A stretch of DNA of 37,729 nt. It comes from an uncultured Staphylococcaceae bacterium (GTDB taxonomy: Bacteria; Bacillota_I; Bacilli_A; RFN20; CAG-826). The stretch lies in assembly GCA_964392865.1 (NCBI GenBank), contig CAYMRJ010000004.1:1-37729 (forward strand). Direction: 5' to 3'. Shown here in pieces: positions 32,609 through 37,729 of the stretch (positions are counted from its first letter, which is position 1; each line of letters starts with the position of its first letter). The translations under genes and the position numbers were made by a program. Below the pieces are notes generated by a model, which did no database searches, had not been told where the DNA came from, and worked only from the letters and a program-made list of their open reading frames with translations.

Positions 32609-33253
32609 TTAATCCCTTTCTAAGGCTCTTTGAACCAAATCCGGCAAGTCTGCGGGACTATTGGCTACGAATTCCGGTTCCTCCGGGGTTCCGTAGCCGT
32701 ATGCGGCATGTATGAACGGCAACCCGTTACCATGTGTTGCCTTTTCATCACCAAGGGTATCGCCGATATAGACGGCTCTAGTGATGCCGTGTTTCTTCAT
32801 AAGAAAAGCAATGTTTTCCTTCTTCCCAAGTCTGGTGTCGCCATAGCAAAGAGTGTCTTTCACACAATCTTTGAATGGGGCGTTCACCAACATCGCTTCT
32901 ATATACCCTGACTGGCAGTTGCTGAGGATATAGACGTCGGCAAAGCCGGCTATATCCCTAATAGCTTTTTCTATCCCATCAAAGAAACATCCAGGATGTT
33001 CAACGAGATATTCGTTCTCTTCTTTGACGATGATTTCGTAGGCTTCCCTTCTGCTAACAAAACCGCAGGGTTCGGGGATGAGCCGCTCAGCAATCTCATC
33101 CATGGACAAGCCCATAACCGAACGCATCTGTTCGTCGGTGATCCTGTGTTCTTTGCCTAGCAAACGGGAAAGGCTCTTTTCCCAAGAAACTACGACTTCC
33201 CTAGAAGCGTCCCAGATGGTTCCGTCGAGATCGAATATGGCAGCCTTATTCAT
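32609..33253 (-). CDS. HAD-superfamily phosphatase (phosphoglycolate phosphatase-like)
   Basis: Motif I is IFDLDGTIWD, motif II is ILSN and motif IV is YIGDTLGDEKA. Confidence 0.75.
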   Translation of the reverse strand: MNKAAIFDLDGTIWDASREVVVSWEKSLSRLLGKEHRITDEQMRSVMGLSMDEIAERLIPEPCGFVSRREAYEIIVKEENEYLVEHPGCFFDGIEKAIRDIAGFADVYILSNCQSGYIEAMLVNAPFKDCVKDTLCYGDTRLGKKENIAFLMKKHGITRAVYIGDTLGDEKATHGNGLPFIHAAYGYGTPEEPEFVANSPADLPDLVQRALERD

Positions 33254-33294
33254 AACCGGGTGAATTGTCTAATCCGGCTTATCCGCTAAGCAAG

Positions 33295-33318
33295 GAAAAA
33301 GAGGCCTTAAGCCTCTCC
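33295..33318 (-). terminator. Possible terminator after the CMD-cupin gene
   Basis: The minus strand reads gaggc-ttaag-gcctc followed by tttttcc. The stem is short. Confidence 0.45.
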
Positions 33319-33322
33319 TTCC

Positions 33323-34045
33323 CTACTTGCTTGGATATTGGTCATCGGTGACCGGTTCCAGCCATTCGTTCCGGCCGTTCTTTCCGGGGACTTCGAGAGC
33401 GAGATGGCTGAACCAGGAATCCGGGGCGGCCCCGTGCCAGTGCTTGATGCCGGGGGCGATGTAGACGACATCGCCGGGATGCAGCTTACGCGGGGCCTGC
33501 CCCCATTCCTGGTAGTAGCCTTCCCCGTCGGTGCATAGGAGGATCTGTCCTCCGCCTTCTTCGGCCTGGTGGATATGCCAGTTGTTGCGGCATCCGGGTT
33601 CGAAGGTGACGTTGGCGATGAGAACTCCATCCTTGTTCAGGGGATTGAGATACGACTGGCCGATGAAGTAGTCCTTGTAGGCGTCGTTCTTTTCTCCGAG
33701 GCCGAACATCGGTTCATGGCCGATCTTCTCGTCGGCATAGGCTTCCCTTACAAGCGGGAATGCCGCCCAGGCATTGGGCCAGCCGACATAGAAGGCGGCA
33801 TGGGTGATGATCTCCACCATCTCTTCCTTGGTAACCCCGTGGTTCTTGGCGTTGGTTATGTGGTACTTGAGACTGTTATCCGTAATGCCTTTGGCGATTA
33901 AGGCGGTGACGGTGACTATGCACCTTTCCCTCAATCCCAGGGCATCAGTCCTGCTCCAGACCTCGCCGAACAATACATCGTCATTTAGTTCGGCGAACTT
34001 CGGGGCCAAATCCCCGAGTCCCTTGCGGCCGGCATCTTGCTTCAT
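33323..34045 (-). CDS. Carboxymuconolactone decarboxylase-family domain fused to a cupin domain
   Basis: The N-terminal half FGEVWSR..L.LRERCIVTVTALIA fits CMD/AhpD-like proteins. The C-terminal half WHIH....GGQILLCTDGEGY.......LHPGDVVYIAPG.KHWHGA is a cupin motif. Confidence 0.7.
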   Translation of the reverse strand: MKQDAGRKGLGDLAPKFAELNDDVLFGEVWSRTDALGLRERCIVTVTALIAKGITDNSLKYHITNAKNHGVTKEEMVEIITHAAFYVGWPNAWAAFPLVREAYADEKIGHEPMFGLGEKNDAYKDYFIGQSYLNPLNKDGVLIANVTFEPGCRNNWHIHQAEEGGGQILLCTDGEGYYQEWGQAPRKLHPGDVVYIAPGIKHWHGAAPDSWFSHLALEVPGKNGRNEWLEPVTDDQYPSK

Positions 34046-34204
34046 ATCTGCTTTCCTCCCGTTTGCTTGGTCTCCTCTGCCGCTGATCTCATCTACAGCC
34101 TGCAGCCCTATAGGTCTACCAATCGGCGATTTTATTTTACTAATTTTTCCATGTTAAGGCCGCTGATTAGATAAATCGGCCCACCCCAATCGCTGACATA
34201 AGGT

Positions 34205-36085
34205 TTAAAGAATGGGGAGGGAGGTACGTTCTGAAATATATTCGCGAAGAGCCCGGTCTTCGCAATATATGTAGCATCCCTTCTGCCCGCGGCTTAGCAA
34301 GACGCGATAGGTATTGCGGATGATCCTATCGGCAAGGTCGTAGTCCTTCGTCGACTTGATGCCTTTAAGTGATTGGTCGGTCTTGGCTCTTTTGGTGTAG
34401 TCGGTCTGAACCCGCCCGTATTTGTAGACGAGATCCTTCCCAATGATGACTCCGGTATAGTCCAGTTCCAATCCTTGGCACGTATGGATGCAGCCGACTT
34501 GATCGAAGGAATTCTTATCAATGGCCCATGTGGAAGTGTTGCTGAAATTCCACTTGGCTTCGAAACCGTCCTCCAGGACGATGTCATAGAGATATCCGTT
34601 GGCATTGTCTTTGGTAATCCAGTCATAGCAGTACCCGGCTACCATCCTGGCTTTGTTGCGGCCGTTCTTCTTTCTCAGGTCTTCCCTCATCTTGGCGGGA
34701 CTCCCATATAACCTCAGATCGTAATCGAGGTCTTTGAAGTCATTGTTGGCAGTCTTTCTGATCCCCAATAGATCATCGAGGAAGGCCAAGTAGCCATCGC
34801 TTCCGTTGCAACGGAATTGGCTGGACAAAGTCAGGGATTCGGGTTCGTCGATCAAAACGCTTTTCTCAAGCCTTGCCTGTTCCTTGATCATCTCCACCGA
34901 TCCGAAGTCACTTGTCGTGACGATCTGATCTTCATCGATTAGGAATACAGAAACCTTCGAGGCGTGGATGATTTCCCGGGCTTGGTTTTCGCCCTTGTTC
35001 TTGAATAGTCCGCTTTTCTCGTTAAGCCGATGCGCTTCGTCGCAGATTAGCACGTCGAATGTGTTTTTAGGACGGTCGACGAAAGAGCCGCTCGGCATGA
35101 AAAGGCGGCTGACATAGCCTTTCTTGTAATCGTCTTGGATCAATAGCTTTGCGTAGACGCTTCTAGGGGCTGCGTTCTTGGTGACGTAAGCGGCGCTGTA
35201 GCCTTGGTTCAGCAAGGTGGCCAAGAGTTGAACCGCGATGACGCTTTTGCCGGTTCCTGGCCCGCCCCGGACGATGATGGTGTATTTCTTATCCGGATCT
35301 CTTCCGCTCAAGGAATCGCTAACCTTCCCGAGGATGGTTTCATAGGCCACCTTCTGCTCATCGATCATGTAGAACTCCTGATTCCCTTTGAGCATCGAGG
35401 CAATCGAATCCTGCAGAGCCTTGCTGGGCTTTAGCTTCCCGTAGTCGATGAGCATCAAGACGTCTTCGTCGTTTTGCTTCACGACGAACCGTTCGATGAA
35501 CTTCCTCAGTTTGACCGTATCTTCAGCCAGGAAGGCTGGCGCCAAATCGGTTATCTCGCGGTAAAAGTCATTGTCGATATGGCGACGGTTCCTCTCCCGG
35601 TAGTTATGGAGATAAGCGCAAGGTTTAAGCGATATGGCCCTATTCCCCACGTCCTCGTTGAAATTCTCCAGAAGCTTCGCGTAGGTATAGGCCTGATAGG
35701 AGGGATGGCAGACGAGGCGGTTGGCTCCGCCGGTATAGGCCATAACGAGATCCGGCTTATCGGTCTCTTGGCTATCTTCCCATTGTTTGAGTTCGATGAT
35801 TACGACGTGGCTCTTCCCTCTTTCGTCTTTGCCGGCCAGCATGAAGTCGACGCGCTTGCTAGTCAAAGGGATCTGGTATTCGATGGCGACTTCGCAGCCG
35901 TCGTCGATCTCGGGGACGTCGATGACGTTCCGCATGAACTGCAGCGAATTGGCCCAGGCCCGGTGCTCGCCGGGATTGTTGTGGGCCAAATGGTGCTTCT
36001 GGAACTCGTTTTCCAAAATAGAGGCGATGGCATTGTCCCTGACATCGTCGACGAAACGTTTCTTCGTACCGCTATAGATGATCAT
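34205..36085 (-). CDS. DUF2075 (Schlafen group-3-like) ATPase/helicase with N-terminal PD-(D/E)xK-like nuclease motif
   Basis: The N-terminus is typical of DUF2075: IIYSGTKKRF.DDV....IA..L......AWANSL. The segment KRVDFML...VVIIELKQW fits the D...ExK pattern. Walker A is GGPGTGKS and the DEAH-like box is LICDEAHRL. Confidence 0.8.
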   Translation of the reverse strand: MIIYSGTKKRFVDDVRDNAIASILENEFQKHHLAHNNPGEHRAWANSLQFMRNVIDVPEIDDGCEVAIEYQIPLTSKRVDFMLAGKDERGKSHVVIIELKQWEDSQETDKPDLVMAYTGGANRLVCHPSYQAYTYAKLLENFNEDVGNRAISLKPCAYLHNYRERNRRHIDNDFYREITDLAPAFLAEDTVKLRKFIERFVVKQNDEDVLMLIDYGKLKPSKALQDSIASMLKGNQEFYMIDEQKVAYETILGKVSDSLSGRDPDKKYTIIVRGGPGTGKSVIAVQLLATLLNQGYSAAYVTKNAAPRSVYAKLLIQDDYKKGYVSRLFMPSGSFVDRPKNTFDVLICDEAHRLNEKSGLFKNKGENQAREIIHASKVSVFLIDEDQIVTTSDFGSVEMIKEQARLEKSVLIDEPESLTLSSQFRCNGSDGYLAFLDDLLGIRKTANNDFKDLDYDLRLYGSPAKMREDLRKKNGRNKARMVAGYCYDWITKDNANGYLYDIVLEDGFEAKWNFSNTSTWAIDKNSFDQVGCIHTCQGLELDYTGVIIGKDLVYKYGRVQTDYTKRAKTDQSLKGIKSTKDYDLADRIIRNTYRVLLSRGQKGCYIYCEDRALREYISERTSLPIL

Positions 36086-36387
36086 TGTTTTTCGAACGGA
36101 TATTTCTCGGCATTGGCTTTTATCTTGGCCTTGACGATTCCGTCTAGATCCAGCCCATACTTCTCGGCTATCTGGACGGCATAGATCAAGACATCCGCCA
36201 GTTCTTCTTTGATTTGCTCTTTCTTATCGAGGCAATCGAGATCATTCCGGCTCCATTGGTAGACCTCCAAAAGTTCGGAAGCCTCCAAAACAAGTGAAAG
36301 AGCTAGGTCTTTCCCGTTGTGGTACTGGTCCCAATCGCGTTCTTCGTTGAACCTATTGATGATTTGAATCGTATCGTCGCTTAGCAT
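36082..36387 (-). CDS. MazG-like nucleotide pyrophosphohydrolase (small all-alpha NTP-PPase)
   Basis: The sequence F..ERDWDQYH..KDLALSLVLEASELLE...W followed by EELADVLIYAVQIAEKYGLDL fits the family. Its TGA overlaps the DUF2075 ATG as ATGA at 36082-36085. Confidence 0.75.
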   Translation of the reverse strand: MLSDDTIQIINRFNEERDWDQYHNGKDLALSLVLEASELLEVYQWSRNDLDCLDKKEQIKEELADVLIYAVQIAEKYGLDLDGIVKAKIKANAEKYPFEKQ

Positions 36388-36435
36388 TCTTCGCTGATTA
36401 TACTCCCGTCCGAACTACGCAAAACCCAGACAAAC

Positions 36436-36467
36436 AGACAAAAAGAAGGAATAGTTCAAGACTATTC
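36436..36467 (-). terminator. Possible terminator of the flavoprotein gene (hairpin includes the stop codon)
   Basis: The minus strand reads gaatagt-cttga-actattc followed by cttcttttt. Confidence 0.45.
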
Positions 36468-37076
36468 TCTGATGAAGTTCGTATAGACGCCCTTCTCCCT
36501 AACAGGTTTCTCTTCTTTGGCCAGCGCCTTGACCAGAAATGCCATGTTCTTTCCCAAGGTCCTCATGGTCTGAAGACCTTCGAGGTCCTTAGCGACCTCC
36601 TCGGGGTTATTGCCATGCACCGCATTCCAATATTGAGAAGACACCACCGGCATATTCCTGATGGTGAAGAATTGATTCAGGCATTGGAACGTGGCGGTCG
36701 ACCCGCTCCTTCTGCAAGAGACAATGGCAGCAGCCGGCTTATCGGCAACCGCCTTGCCACCCAATGAATAGAAAACCCTATCGAGCAAGGCAAGCAATGC
36801 CCCATTCGGCGCAGAGAAATAGACCGGGCTACCAACAACCAGACAGTCAGCTTCTCTGAGTTTGTCCGCGATTTCATTGCAGGGATCATCGCCATAGACA
36901 CACCGGCCGTTCTTCTTGCAGTAGCCGCAGGCCTGACAACCCATAACGGGTTTATTGCCAATCCAATAAATCTCAGTCTCAAGTCCTTCTTCTTCCAATG
37001 ACTTGGATACTTCCTTAAGAGCCGTATAGGTACATCCATGCTGGTGGGGGCTTCCGTTAATAAGTAATGCCTTCAT
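36462..37076 (-). CDS. NAD(P)H-dependent FMN reductase / iron-sulfur flavoprotein-like
   Basis: MKALLINGSPHQHGCTY is an FMN_red-type N-terminus. The Cys cluster CQACGYCKKNGRC is as in Isf-type flavoproteins. Confidence 0.75.
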   Translation of the reverse strand: MKALLINGSPHQHGCTYTALKEVSKSLEEEGLETEIYWIGNKPVMGCQACGYCKKNGRCVYGDDPCNEIADKLREADCLVVGSPVYFSAPNGALLALLDRVFYSLGGKAVADKPAAAIVSCRRSGSTATFQCLNQFFTIRNMPVVSSQYWNAVHGNNPEEVAKDLEGLQTMRTLGKNMAFLVKALAKEEKPVREKGVYTNFIRE

Positions 37077-37194
37077 TCGTCCAATCCTCTATCGATGGAT
37101 ATTAAAACGCATCCACATAAAGAAACGCGAATCGCGAATCATGCCGCGCCAAATACGAGACCTTTCCGATAATGGCTATTTGCCGCCATCGACC

Positions 37195-37335
37195 TTAAAG
37201 CCCAGTTATAGAGGAAGCGATGCTTGTTATGGATGACGTATCGCTTTCGTTAGGGATATCGGATTCATCGGCCGTTCCGCCTCGAGCGGATGGCAAGATT
37301 GCAACGGCCAATAGGATCAGGGCTTTCTTCTTCGT
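37195..37335 (-). pseudogene. Decayed 5' cassette of a family-A-like lipoprotein gene
   Basis: The minus strand reads GGGAGGAGAACCC-ACG-AAG-AAG-AAA-GCC..., giving T-KKKALILLAVAILPSARGG-TADESD.... The RBS and the KKKAL signal-peptide start match the paralogs. The start codon position is ACG, the lipobox Cys is lost, and a stop follows after 46 codons. Confidence 0.4.
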
Positions 37336-37477
37336 GGGTTCTCCTCCCGAGGCGAAATATGGCATTTGGGCGTAGGGCCCCTATTCCCCAAAGGCACCCC
37401 TGTCCTGATACTCAGGAAGACTAGTCGGATTCCTCAGAAACACTCGCCCAAAGACTAATAAAACCAGATCGGATCTG

Positions 37478-37633
37478 TTAAGTTTGTCAGGCTTAAAAGT
37501 CTCGTTTTTATCGCACGATTTCAGGTTTGGCAGGTTTTCGTTTTCGGGTTTGGCAGGTTTTGGATTTCAAGTTTGGCAGGTTTTGGATTTCAAGTTTGGC
37601 AGGTTTCTATGCGTAAGTTCGGCAAACCAAGAG
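37478..37633. repeat. Intergenic tandem array with 23-bp period (4 good units plus degenerate flanks)
   Basis: The units are tttcaggtttggcaggttttcgt (37519-37541), tttcgggtttggcaggttttgga (37542-37564), tttcaagtttggcaggttttgga (37565-37587) and tttcaagtttggcaggtttctat (37588-37610). Degenerate copies lie at 37478-37500 and 37611-37633. Confidence 0.9.
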
Positions 37634-37640
37634 ACCCATA

Positions 37641-37668
37641 AAAGCAAAAGGGCAGCCAAAAGCTGCCC
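37641..37668 (-). terminator. Rho-independent terminator of an upstream minus-strand gene that lies mostly outside the window
   Basis: The minus strand reads gggcagc-ttttg-gctgccc followed by ttttgctttt. Confidence 0.65.
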
Positions 37669-37729
37669 GATTTCCTTTTCGTTCTCCTTCCGTCAGATAA
37701 GTCGGGTCAGTAGATTCCCTTCTCCTACG

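Noticed and set aside
37673-37729. A possible 3' end of a minus-strand gene at the window edge. One frame ends LLTRLI-stop at about 37694, and another frame reads ESTDPTYL, reminiscent of the LY..DP lipoprotein C-termini.
   Set aside because: Only about 12 codons are visible and the two readings conflict, so no reliable frame or product can be assigned.
1-37729. Mobile-element genes (integrase, transposase, recombinase), prophage structural genes, and toxin-antitoxin pairs.
   Set aside because: No ORF in the track shows the corresponding motifs. The accessory character of the left half rests only on gene content and the adjacent tRNA.

Overview
This is a 37.7-kb bacterial chromosomal window of roughly 55% GC by eye, and all but one of the credible genes lie on the minus strand. 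No rRNA gene, CRISPR array, integrase or transposase is visible.

Content falls into three blocks.

(1) 1-17.6 kb is an accessory-looking block.
- It holds a T5orf172/GIY-YIG protein with a triplicated C-terminal module.
- Three tandem paralogous surface-lipoprotein cassettes each have their own terminator, and a recognisable promoter (all three carry a G7 tract, but only two show a well-spaced -10).
- A PvuRts1I/AbaSI-like modification-dependent restriction endonuclease is translationally coupled to a Cys-rich two-TM protein.
- A second lipoprotein family has three members.
- An AlbA_2/HATPase_c_4/wHTH protein and an AAA-DUF4143 ATPase follow, then tRNA-Thr(GGU).

(2) 17.7-34 kb is housekeeping. 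It starts with a beta-helix lipoprotein. A very compact minus-strand gene string follows in transcription order: MFS transporter, Zn-PLC-like protein, anchored protein, cls, Fe-ADH-like protein, galM, galT, galK, membrane protein, malQ, rimO. Upstream of that string lie a membrane protein, a HAD hydrolase and a CMD-cupin fusion.

(3) 34.2-37.7 kb holds a MazG-like gene coupled to a DUF2075 nuclease-helicase, an Fe-S flavoprotein, a decayed lipoprotein 5' cassette and a tandem-repeat array.

The signals most worth a second look are these.
- Homopolymeric G7/G8 tracts sit inside or against the promoter spacers of the lipoprotein cassettes and of the restriction gene. They are candidate phase-variation switches.
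- Four intergenic tandem arrays at three loci have unrelated or only loosely related sequences but share the same 23-bp period, each lying 5' of a minus-strand gene. A 12-bp in-frame repeat inside the AlbA_2 gene may be related.
- Two translationally coupled pairs look defence-like: restriction enzyme plus membrane protein, and MazG plus DUF2075.

The type-2 GalT, the many Cys-lipobox proteins with acidic S/T/D/E linkers and the frequent GTG starts suggest a Bacillota/Mollicutes-like organism. That is inference only. All family assignments come from motif recognition by eye, not from searches.
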